A DNA stretch of 64,000 nt. Origin: Candidatus Nanopelagicales bacterium. Lineage in GTDB: Bacteria; Actinomycetota; Actinomycetes; S36-B12. The notes beneath the pieces are model-generated. The model did not search any database and was not told the DNA's origin. It saw only the letters and a list, made by a program, of their open reading frames with translations. The position numbers were made by a program, and so were the translations under genes. Positions within the stretch are counted from its first letter, which is position 1. Each line of letters begins with the position of its first letter. The stretch covers positions 80,606-144,605 of the forward strand of contig JAFMHB010000001.1 of assembly GCA_017854795.1 (NCBI GenBank), given 5' to 3'. Below are positions 21,434-28,976 of the stretch, piece by piece.

Positions 21434-21688
21434 ATGAGTCTATGGATGCTGGGAAATCTTATTCTCCTGATTGTGGTGGTGCCATTGCTTGTGGCCCTGC
21501 TTAACCGGTTACTGGCAGCGCTCGAGCAAATTCGAGCTGCGGCGCAAGACACGCTTTCTGGTGGTGTTGCACTCATTGGTGCGTTGCACAACACGCCAGC
21601 GTTACTTGCAACAACAGATGATGTAATAAAAGAAGTAGCCAACGGTGCGGTGCGCTATGCCGGTCCGGTTTCTAAGTTGCTGGGATAG
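21434..21688 (+). CDS. Small bitopic membrane protein 1 of 5 (cox-linked array)
   Basis: 84 aa. RBS GGAGG lies 8 nt upstream. One N-terminal TM (LGNLILLIVVVPLLVALL) followed by an Ala/Leu/Thr-rich helical tail. 16 nt after coxG. Confidence 0.65.
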   Translation: MSLWMLGNLILLIVVVPLLVALLNRLLAALEQIRAAAQDTLSGGVALIGALHNTPALLATTDDVIKEVANGAVRYAGPVSKLLG

Positions 21689-21696
21689 GAGAAGTT

Positions 21697-21924
21697 ATGC
21701 CAATTGATGCAGTTATTACGCTCATTCTCGGGGCACTGATTATCGGTGCCGCTGCACTCGGTCTCGCGCGCGCGATAGGTCACCTTGCCGCGACTGAGAA
21801 GACCTTGGACACGCTCGACGGTGGAGTTCAGGTGATTGCTGCCCAGACCTCGACCGTTGTTCCGGTTGTCGCATCAGTTAATGCCAGTTTGGCCCCTGTC
21901 CGCGACTTTGCCAATTCGATTTAA
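21697..21924 (+). CDS. Small bitopic membrane protein 2 of 5
   Basis: 75 aa, RBS GGAG, TM ITLILGALIIGAAALGLA. The tail TLDGGVQVIAAQTST is similar to TLSGGVALIGALHNT in protein 1. 8-nt gap. Confidence 0.65.
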   Translation: MPIDAVITLILGALIIGAAALGLARAIGHLAATEKTLDTLDGGVQVIAAQTSTVVPVVASVNASLAPVRDFANSI

Positions 21925-21933
21925 GGAGGGTTC

Positions 21934-22188
21934 ATGGATTTCGCTGGACATGAAGGTTGGCTAATCGGTTACATCATTGGCCTTGTTGTCGTTCTCGTTG
22001 TTGTTGCGCTCGTTATTCCGATTCTGGTAATTGCATGGAAAATCGGTACGCAGGCTGGCAAAATTCTAACGGGGTTGGAGCAAGCTGAGACAAATACAGC
22101 TGGACTTGCCGGCCTCAACGAAACAATAACATCTGCATTGGCAGTCATCGCTGGGCTAAAACGCGGCCGTACAAGGTTAGGAGGATGA
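21934..22188 (+). CDS. Small bitopic membrane protein 3 of 5
   Basis: 84 aa, RBS AAGGAGGG, TM WLIGYIIGLVVVLVVVALVIPILVIA, tail KILTGLEQAETNTAGLAGLNETI. 9-nt gap. Confidence 0.7.
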   Translation: MDFAGHEGWLIGYIIGLVVVLVVVALVIPILVIAWKIGTQAGKILTGLEQAETNTAGLAGLNETITSALAVIAGLKRGRTRLGG

Positions 22189-22189
22189 C

Positions 22190-22465
22190 ATGGATGCCCA
22201 AACTGAACAGTTATGGATGATTGCAAACGTTCTAGGGATTGTGGTTGTTGTGGCTGTAGCCGCACTACTCACGCTCCTCGTAATATTTGTGCATCGCATT
22301 CACGTAAGGGTGGTAAAAATCAAGGCCACCCTAGAAGCAGCCAAGAACAACACCGCTGATACCGCACTCATTGGCGTCACCGCGGGTGGAGTGGAAGCAG
22401 TGTTGGCGGAGGGTCTTGAACATCATTTATTCCTCGGACGAGTACTAGACAAGGTGCGCTCATGA
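22190..22465 (+). CDS. Small bitopic membrane protein 4 of 5
   Basis: 91 aa, RBS AGGAGG, TM MIANVLGIVVVVAVAALLTLLVIFV. The tail KIKATLEAAKNNTADT parallels protein 3. 1-nt gap. Confidence 0.7.
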   Translation: MDAQTEQLWMIANVLGIVVVVAVAALLTLLVIFVHRIHVRVVKIKATLEAAKNNTADTALIGVTAGGVEAVLAEGLEHHLFLGRVLDKVRS

Positions 22466-22821
22466 GTTCATTGCAGTGGTGGTCAGTGATTGACGTTGCT
22501 CTGCTTATCGCAGGGTTAGCGGTGTACTTGTTCATCGTCGGATCGCAATTAAAGAAAGTTGCTGCGAATCTTGAAGAGTCAGCCGAATTAGTCTGGGCGA
22601 TTAAAAATGATGCTGCACTGATTGAGCCAGGCCTCACTTCAATAAACAGCACTGGTCGTGTTGTTGCTGGTGCTCTTCCCTTGCTGTACGGAATGGGGGA
22701 GGGGATAGTTGTTGGAGCAACTTTCGTGCATGAAGATCATGAAGCAGATGGTGTCAACCGTCCAGCAATGGGTACCAGGCGCTCGCGCATGATCGAGGCT
22801 ATGGGCGTCGACATAGATTAG
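22462..22821 (+). CDS. Small bitopic membrane protein 5 of 5, with a longer charged C-terminus
   Basis: 119 aa. ATGA overlap with protein 4. TM VIDVALLIAGLAVYLFIV, tail KKVAANLEESAELVWAIKND. Its stop overlaps the stop of the convergent 142-aa gene. Confidence 0.6.
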   Translation: MSSLQWWSVIDVALLIAGLAVYLFIVGSQLKKVAANLEESAELVWAIKNDAALIEPGLTSINSTGRVVAGALPLLYGMGEGIVVGATFVHEDHEADGVNRPAMGTRRSRMIEAMGVDID

Positions 22822-23246
22822 TTCGGCTTGCGACCGGTCGTGAGTGGATCGGTAACGGGGGCGTCGTAGCTTCCAATCCACTCGGCTTTCCAAGCTTTGT
22901 CAAACTTTTCTTCATTGCAACTTGGGTTGTAAACCGAAGCGAGATCGCGCGTTATCTGTTCTCTGTGCGAGCGATTGCTCCCGGGCGCATTGAGCCAGCA
23001 CACGTGCAGGTTGAACTTGCCACCAGCGCGCTCCAACCATGCGGCTGTTCTCGCGTGCTTGAAAGGAAACCCAACCTGTGAGAGGTCATCTGCATGTCCC
23101 ACGTAGATCACTGAAAATTCCTGTGAAGGCTCAGGCTTTGACTTGGTAAGGATGGCGTAAACAGCTGGCTCTTTTGGCGGAGTCCAGCCGGCAAGGGTCC
23201 GGGGGCCTTCAAAGGCGTAACCGGCCAAACTACCGAGTCGAATCAC
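22818..23246 (-). CDS. Hypothetical protein with a possible GIY-YIG-like core; last gene of the coxD-coxE operon
   Basis: 142 aa. ATGA-type 4-nt overlap with the upstream 98-aa gene. PAVYAIL...SVIYVGHADDL...HREQITRDLASVYNPSCNE resembles the GIY/YIG/R/E/N pattern. This is a by-eye assignment. Confidence 0.5.
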   Translation of the reverse strand: MIRLGSLAGYAFEGPRTLAGWTPPKEPAVYAILTKSKPEPSQEFSVIYVGHADDLSQVGFPFKHARTAAWLERAGGKFNLHVCWLNAPGSNRSHREQITRDLASVYNPSCNEEKFDKAWKAEWIGSYDAPVTDPLTTGRKPN

Positions 23247-23539
23247 TGAAGGTCACTATCCAGATCACCAAAGTCTTCGTCCTCACCGAGGGTTTCCACA
23301 CTGGTAACCGGCCACAAAGGAAGCGAAGTCTTTTCGACAGCTTGCGCGAACTGTTTTATCGCTTTATCTGCAGCTTCACTGGAGCCATCAGCTTCCACAA
23401 CTATTTGTGCGCCGTAACCCATGGTGCCGTAGCCGGAGGCGATTCCGTCCAATCCTGCGACAGCATCGGCTAATTCCACTACTTCTTCGAGAGTCACTTC
23501 GCGGTCACCCTCCGCCTGGATAGAAACACTGAATCTCAC
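23243..23539 (-). CDS. Hypothetical small acidic protein (predicted beta-alpha-beta ferredoxin-like fold), co-operonic with coxE
   Basis: 98 aa, starting 2 nt after the coxE stop. Alternating beta/alpha pattern (RFSVSIQAEG / TLEEVVELADAVAGL / GAQIVVEA / AADKAIKQFAQAVEK). Acidic tail EDEDFGDLDSDLQ. Confidence 0.55.
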   Translation of the reverse strand: MRFSVSIQAEGDREVTLEEVVELADAVAGLDGIASGYGTMGYGAQIVVEADGSSEAADKAIKQFAQAVEKTSLPLWPVTSVETLGEDEDFGDLDSDLQ

Positions 23540-23541
23540 GC

Positions 23542-24675
23542 TTATCTCACTTTCGAGAGTCGATTGGCTAGGTGCTCAAGGCTAGCAAGATTGTGACCTG
23601 AGTACACCTCGTCTATATAAGGTTCAGCGACAATCATGCCAAGTGATGCAGGTACATAATCCACGACATCGCCCTTATGCGGGTTGACCCAAATAACTCG
23701 GTATGCAATTCGCGAGAGGCTTTCCATAGCTTGCGATAGTGCCGCCGGTTCACCCCGGTCAAGTCCGTCAGAGCAAATAACAACAACGGCTCCACGGCCT
23801 AGTCGTGACCGGCGGGCGTCTTTGGTAAATTCCTTAATCGAGTCGCCGATTCGGGTGCCACCGTCCCAGTCGAATACCGATTCGCCAGCCAGACGCATAG
23901 CCTCATCAGGGTTACGGCGATCTAGGGATCGTGTGATGCGGGTGAGACGGGTTCCAAAACAAAAGACATCAACTTTGGCATTTGCTCGCCGCGCACAATA
24001 AGCAAACTGCAGGAGGTTGCGGGAGTAGTCCGCCATCGAGCCCGAAACGTCAAGGATCAGTACTAATGGACGTAACTTGTTCTTTCGTTTTTTGTAAGCA
24101 AGGTCGCGGGGCTCGCCAAGTTTGCGCATGCTCTCGCGCACCATGCGTCGAAGGTCGAGTCGGGCGGCCTTACGACTCCGAGTCGTCCGGTGAGTTCGGC
24201 GCACAGGCGGGGTAACGCGCATACGAGAGATCAGTTTTCGCACCTGGCGAATTTCGTCCTCGGAGCACTCGGAAAAAGCCTTATAACGATAAACGTCGGA
24301 GGTGCTCGCTAGGTAACCGAGTTTGACTTCATCGGGGCTGATATCACCGGGAACACCTTCTTCGGTGTTCGGAATCTCGAGGGTGGCGCCAACGGTAGAT
24401 GACGATCGAAGAGTGAGCTTTCGGGCGTCTTTGTTGGCTTCCTCGATGTCCAGAAAAAATAGTTTGAAGACCGCGTTGTAGATAGGGACTTGGTCTTGGC
24501 GCCGGATCATCGTGGCCCTACCAGCCCAGTAAACGTCCATCAGGTCGCTGACGTCGAGTTGGGAAACTCCTGAGCAGAAGGTCAATATGTCGTCTGAACC
24601 AATCGATATCCCCGCATGTCTGAGTGTCTGACCGAACTCCACGAGAAGTTCGTCGAACCCGCTAAGAGATGACAT
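23542..24675 (-). CDS. coxE: CoxE (vWA-domain CODH maturation protein)
   Basis: Start ATG 24675 (MSSLSGFDELLVEFGQTLRHAGI...) overlaps the coxD end by 14 nt. CoxE-type N-domain, and vWA MIDAS-like LVLILDVSGSM. Confidence 0.85.
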   Translation of the reverse strand: MSSLSGFDELLVEFGQTLRHAGISIGSDDILTFCSGVSQLDVSDLMDVYWAGRATMIRRQDQVPIYNAVFKLFFLDIEEANKDARKLTLRSSSTVGATLEIPNTEEGVPGDISPDEVKLGYLASTSDVYRYKAFSECSEDEIRQVRKLISRMRVTPPVRRTHRTTRSRKAARLDLRRMVRESMRKLGEPRDLAYKKRKNKLRPLVLILDVSGSMADYSRNLLQFAYCARRANAKVDVFCFGTRLTRITRSLDRRNPDEAMRLAGESVFDWDGGTRIGDSIKEFTKDARRSRLGRGAVVVICSDGLDRGEPAALSQAMESLSRIAYRVIWVNPHKGDVVDYVPASLGMIVAEPYIDEVYSGHNLASLEHLANRLSKVR

Positions 24676-25522
24676 CCTGAATACTTCGAGAGGCAAACTC
24701 CAAATCATCGCGATCCTTGACGACAGCACCGAGGGTATCAATTGCGACTTCAGCGGTAAGAGTTTTTGCACCTAGCGCGCTGACGCTTTCCGCCCAGTCA
24801 ATAGTTTCTGCTACGCCGGGAAGTTTCTCGAGATCCATCGCGCGAAGTCGATTGACAGCATGGACAACCTGATTCGCGAGAGCTGGGCCTATTTCTGGGA
24901 GTCTCGACCTAACAATCTCGATTTCGCGTTCGCTTTCGGGGAAGCCGATCCAGGTGTAAAGGCAACGGCGTTTGAGAGCGTCGTGCAGTTCCCGAGTTCG
25001 GTTCGAAGTAAGGATGACAATAGGCCGGGATTGCGCACTAATCGTTCCCACCTCGGGGATGGTAACTTGGAAATCACCAAGTAGTTCAAGAAGGAATGCT
25101 TCAAATTCGTCATCGGCTCGGTCGATTTCATCAATCAAGAGAACACATTGATCCCCTGCTCGAACGGCCTTGAGTAGCGGCCGCTCGAGCAGGAACCGCG
25201 GACCGAAAAGTTGTTCGTCAGAGGCGTCATCCGTGGCTAGGGAACGCACGAACAGCATTTGGCGGGCGTAGTCCCATTCGTACAGGGCTTGATGCATATC
25301 GATGCCCTCATAGCACTGCAGTCGAATTAAATCTCGGCCCAGCATCGTGGAAACAGTGCGAGCGAGTTCCGTCTTGCCAACGCCTACTTCGCCCTCAAGG
25401 AGCAAAGGTTTACCGAGTTTGAGTGACAGTAGTAGAGATGTCGTTAGACCACGATCGGCGATATAACCACGATCTGCCAGATCGCTGGTGAGCTGCGAAA
25501 CTGTTAGTTCTTCGAACGCCAT
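24662..25522 (-). CDS. coxD: CoxD (MoxR-class AAA+ ATPase for CODH active-site maturation)
   Basis: Walker A LLEGEVGVGKT, Walker B VLLIDEIDRA. 286 aa, MoxR-like, directly upstream of coxE. Confidence 0.9.
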   Translation of the reverse strand: MAFEELTVSQLTSDLADRGYIADRGLTTSLLLSLKLGKPLLLEGEVGVGKTELARTVSTMLGRDLIRLQCYEGIDMHQALYEWDYARQMLFVRSLATDDASDEQLFGPRFLLERPLLKAVRAGDQCVLLIDEIDRADDEFEAFLLELLGDFQVTIPEVGTISAQSRPIVILTSNRTRELHDALKRRCLYTWIGFPESEREIEIVRSRLPEIGPALANQVVHAVNRLRAMDLEKLPGVAETIDWAESVSALGAKTLTAEVAIDTLGAVVKDRDDLEFASRSIQDVIS

Positions 25523-25527
25523 GGAAG

Positions 25528-25776
25528 TTAGTCCACTTGGCCAAGGACGAGCTCACCCAGCGAGGCCGAACCGAGTTTGCCTTCTCTTGCCAGTTTGTTC
25601 TTCCAGGCGGTTGCCATGTCTACGCCCTCTTCGGCGAAGCCATCATATGAAACGTCTTTCATGTTCCGACACACCTTGTTCGGCGTACATTCCTCGTCCA
25701 TTTCAGTCATGGCTCCAGGAGTTCCCTGCCAAACGGCACGGAGGACCTCGGCTGCTTTTTCACTTTCGGTCGACAT
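25528..25776 (-). CDS. Hypothetical small protein heading the coxD-coxE operon
   Basis: 82 aa from ATG 25776 with AGGGAG 7 nt upstream. Ends 5 nt before the coxD start. No family recognised. Confidence 0.5.
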   Translation of the reverse strand: MSTESEKAAEVLRAVWQGTPGAMTEMDEECTPNKVCRNMKDVSYDGFAEEGVDMATAWKNKLAREGKLGSASLGELVLGQVD

Positions 25777-25842
25777 GGGCTGCTCCCTGGTTATGTGAGT
25801 CACCCAAGGTTACCAGCAGAATGAGACCTTCGCAGCCAGGTC

Positions 25843-25852
25843 GCCAATTGGC
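25843..25852. promoter_or_regulatory. Perfect 10-bp palindrome in the divergent cox-accessory/moeA promoter region
   Basis: GCCAATTGGC at 25843-25852, inside the 165-bp spacer between the 82-aa gene (-) and moeA (+). Its function is unknown. Confidence 0.2.
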
Positions 25853-25941
25853 TGGTCCGGGAAATTACCCAATCGTCTGGGAAATGTGACTTGCTTTGGA
25901 AATTCTGCAGTTCGGAGAGTCTCAGAGCGTAGAGTTATCGC

Positions 25942-27159
25942 ATGCTTAGCGTTGCGGAATACCTCGACCTTGTCCTTGACAGCGTCAGTGAACTTCCCGC
26001 GATGGAATTGCCCATCTCAGACGTGAATGGATGCGTACTTGCCCAAGATATTTATGCACGTTGGCCACTCCCTTCCTTCGATAACTCGTCAATGGACGGT
26101 TACGCGGTAATTGCCGCAGATTTGGCACATGCGAGTGAGAGTGTGCCGATTTCGCTACCCGTGATTGACGACATCCCTGCTGGGTTCAAGTCATTGGAAA
26201 CTTTGCAAAGTGGTCAGGCCATCCGAATTATGACCGGCGCCCCGATGCCAGCGGGCGCGGACAGCGTGATTCGTGTTGAGGACACTGATGGTGGCAGCGG
26301 GGTTGTCCGGATTCAGGTACCAATTGAGGTGGGAAGTTGTGTGCGTCGTGAAGGTGAAGACGTGCAGGCGGGTGACCTAGTGCTGACAAAGGGTACGTTC
26401 ATCGGTCCGCGTCAGATTGCTTTGATCGCGGCGGTGGGACACGGTGTCATTTCCGTGATCCCTAAGCCACGGGTTGCGGTTCTTGCGACAGGAAGTGAAC
26501 TCGTTGAACCTGGGACCGAGCTCAAGTACGGTTTGATTTCGGATTCAAATAGTTTCCTCATTACTGCAATTGCTAATGACAGTGGAGCCACCGCATACAG
26601 GCTTCCACCTGTACAAGATGACGAAGACGCGTTAATTGAGATCCTGCAGGACCAAGTGCACCGAGCTGACCTCATCATCACAACCGGGGGAGTGAGTATG
26701 GGTGCCTACGATCCCGTTAAATCTGCATTTCTGAAGCTGGGAACGGCCCAGTTTCACAAAGTGGCAATGCAACCGGGAATGCCACAAGGTTTCGGCAGTG
26801 TTGGTGAGCCTGCGATCCCGATCATCACACTTCCGGGTAATCCGGTGAGCGCTTATGTTTCCTTCGAGGTGTTCATTCGCCCGGCAATTCGCAAGATGCG
26901 GGGCTTGAAGCAGTTGGAGCGCCCGCATCGGTCGGCAACGTTGAAGGGTGAATTGCAATCACCAATCAACAAGGTGCAGTTTGCTCGAGGTCGCTTTATG
27001 GCCGAGGAGCAGGTTGAACTTGTGGGTACTGGACAGGGATCACATGTTCTTGGTGGACTCGCGCAAGCAGATGCACTCATTGTGATTCCGGTGGGTGTTG
27101 ACAGTATTACCAATGGAGAGCAGGTTCAGGTAATTGATGTGAGAGGTGATTTGACATGA
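25942..27159 (+). CDS. moeA: Molybdopterin molybdotransferase MoeA
   Basis: 405 aa. Motifs SFDNSSMDGYAV, ITTGGVSMGAYD and TLPGNPVSAYVSFEVF. Confidence 0.93.
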   Translation: MLSVAEYLDLVLDSVSELPAMELPISDVNGCVLAQDIYARWPLPSFDNSSMDGYAVIAADLAHASESVPISLPVIDDIPAGFKSLETLQSGQAIRIMTGAPMPAGADSVIRVEDTDGGSGVVRIQVPIEVGSCVRREGEDVQAGDLVLTKGTFIGPRQIALIAAVGHGVISVIPKPRVAVLATGSELVEPGTELKYGLISDSNSFLITAIANDSGATAYRLPPVQDDEDALIEILQDQVHRADLIITTGGVSMGAYDPVKSAFLKLGTAQFHKVAMQPGMPQGFGSVGEPAIPIITLPGNPVSAYVSFEVFIRPAIRKMRGLKQLERPHRSATLKGELQSPINKVQFARGRFMAEEQVELVGTGQGSHVLGGLAQADALIVIPVGVDSITNGEQVQVIDVRGDLT

Positions 27160-27635
27160 GCGCATTCCCGCATCTCAATGATCAAGGTGATGCCCACATG
27201 GTGGATGTGACCGCTAAGAGTGTCACCGAAAGATCGGCTACTGCTCGTTCTCGGGTTTCTATGAGCGATGAAGTTGTTAGTCGTTTGCGCGCAGGGGATA
27301 TGCCGAAAGGTGATGCATTTGCCGTAGCACGTATTGCTGCGATCTCGGCATCAAAAAAGACGAGTGAACTGATTCCGTTATGTCATCCGCTGGCAATCCA
27401 CGGTGTCAACGTTGATTTGTCACTTGATACAACGGGAGTCGAGATCACCGTGACGGTAAAGACCGCTGATCGGACCGGAGTTGAAATGGAGGCATTGACG
27501 GCCGCATCCGTTGGAGCCCTGGCACTCATCGATATGGTCAAAGGCCTTGATCGGCTTGCTCGTATTGAATACGTCGAGTTGTTGGAAAAAAAGGGTGGGC
27601 GCTCAGGCCATTGGATTCGCAGTGAAAATGAGTGA
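27156..27635 (+). CDS. moaC: Cyclic pyranopterin monophosphate synthase MoaC
   Basis: Motifs MVDVTAKSVTERSA, LIPLCHPL, DRTGVEMEALTA. 4-nt overlap with moeA. Confidence 0.95.
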   Translation: MSAFPHLNDQGDAHMVDVTAKSVTERSATARSRVSMSDEVVSRLRAGDMPKGDAFAVARIAAISASKKTSELIPLCHPLAIHGVNVDLSLDTTGVEITVTVKTADRTGVEMEALTAASVGALALIDMVKGLDRLARIEYVELLEKKGGRSGHWIRSENE

Positions 27636-27638
27636 ACA

Positions 27639-28124
27639 GTGAGCATGAGCAACTTCACGGCGCAGGTAATAACTGTTTCTACCCGGGGTTCCCAGGGCCT
27701 TCGAGCTGATACCTCCGGCGAAATCTTGGCAACAGCCTTGACCGAACTCGGTTTGGTTTGCTCACCCACGGTGATCATCGCTGATGGTCCGGGGGTATCC
27801 ACCGAGATTGTGCGAGCGGTTGAAACAGGTCACTCGCTCGTTGTGACAACCGGTGGCACGGGTATTTCGCCAACAGATCAAACGCCGGAGTTCACCCGGT
27901 CGGTGATAGACCGAGAAATACCGGGAATCGCGGAGGCGATTCGCGCTTATGGCCGTGGGAATGGGATTGCAACTGCATCCCTGTCCAGGGGAATCGCGGG
28001 GCAGTTGGCTAACTCACTGGTCATCAATGTCCCCGGTTCTCCCGGTGGCGCTCGCGATGCCGCCGCTGTCCTTGGGGAAATTGTGATCCATGCGCTCGAG
28101 CAAATAGCCGGATCAGATCACTAG
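27639..28124 (+). CDS. moaB: MoaB/MogA-family molybdopterin adenylyltransferase-like protein
   Basis: 161 aa. Motifs TTGGTGISPTDQTPE and PGSPGGA. GTG 27639 (or ATG 27645). Confidence 0.85.
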   Translation: MSMSNFTAQVITVSTRGSQGLRADTSGEILATALTELGLVCSPTVIIADGPGVSTEIVRAVETGHSLVVTTGGTGISPTDQTPEFTRSVIDREIPGIAEAIRAYGRGNGIATASLSRGIAGQLANSLVINVPGSPGGARDAAAVLGEIVIHALEQIAGSDH

Positions 28125-28144
28125 TTCACCTGTTTTCACGCTGC

Positions 28145-28645
28145 CTAAATGAAGAGCAACTGCGCTCCGTCGGTCATCTCAATAAAAGCGCTAGCGTTAA
28201 TGATTGCATCAACGCCCTCGTAGAGATCCTCTTTAACTAGATGGTTCATGTCAGCGCTGAGTTGGCATGCCCAGATATTTGCACCCGAATCTTTGAGAAG
28301 GTCAAGGAAATCCCGCACTTCAGGAACGTCAAGTTCAGCGAGGGATTTCTTGAGTGAATGCGTTGCGAACGAGGTAACACCCGGTAGAGGACCGAGCGCC
28401 GCCGGCATGTGCGTCGCTGTATTGCCCACCGGTGAAAATTTGAGATGGTCCATGGTCTTGTTGTTGATAATGTCAAAACCCCAGAAGGTGAAGAATAAAT
28501 CAACAGCAATGCCTTCACCCAAGGCAGCGTTACCCAAAATGAATGCCGGGTAAGCCATATCGAGTGAGCCTTTTGAGCAGATAATCGCTAATTTTCTGCC
28601 CGAATCTTCGTCGTTCCCAAATGAAGGAACAATCATGTCGCTCAT
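28145..28645 (-). CDS. DsrE/DsrF-like (COG2210-type) sulfur-relay protein
   Basis: 166 aa. KLAIICSKGSLDMAYPAFILGNAA...FFTFWGF and the conserved Cys in IWACQLS. 4-nt overlap with the upstream TusE/DsrC gene. Confidence 0.7.
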   Translation of the reverse strand: MSDMIVPSFGNDEDSGRKLAIICSKGSLDMAYPAFILGNAALGEGIAVDLFFTFWGFDIINNKTMDHLKFSPVGNTATHMPAALGPLPGVTSFATHSLKKSLAELDVPEVRDFLDLLKDSGANIWACQLSADMNHLVKEDLYEGVDAIINASAFIEMTDGAQLLFI

Positions 28646-28956
28646 ACGCAGCCAGCTGGCTTCGGTAGACCGGCAATGTAGGACATTTTCTTTGCGGGCT
28701 TCTTAGGAAACAATGCAAAGAGAGACTTAGTATCAATTCCACCGGCCGTGGAAACGCGACGCAAAGTGGGGGTGGCGCCATTGACTTTGAAATCTTCCCG
28801 CAGAAAATTGATAACTTTCCAATGTTCATCTGTGAGATCAACGCCGATTGCGGTTGCTAGAGCGCAGGCTATTGATGGATCCCATTGATCGTATTCGGTG
28901 AGAAATCCTTCATCATCGACGGAAATGTCGTGACCTTCAATTACTGTTGTTGGCAT
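28642..28956 (-). CDS. TusE/DsrC-family sulfur-transfer protein (single C-terminal Cys)
   Basis: 104 aa ending in the family signature GLPKPAGCV. Internal EHWKVINFLREDF. The second Cys (about 10 residues upstream) of bona fide DsrC is absent. Confidence 0.85.
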   Translation of the reverse strand: MPTTVIEGHDISVDDEGFLTEYDQWDPSIACALATAIGVDLTDEHWKVINFLREDFKVNGATPTLRRVSTAGGIDTKSLFALFPKKPAKKMSYIAGLPKPAGCV

Positions 28957-28976
28957 TGCAAATCCTTTCTCGTTTT

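Noticed and set aside
22818-23246. The 98-aa and 142-aa gene pair as a toxin-antitoxin module.
   Set aside because: They are tightly coupled to coxE rather than autonomous. Neither has a recognisable DNA-binding antitoxin domain or toxin fold. The GIY-YIG resemblance is itself tentative.
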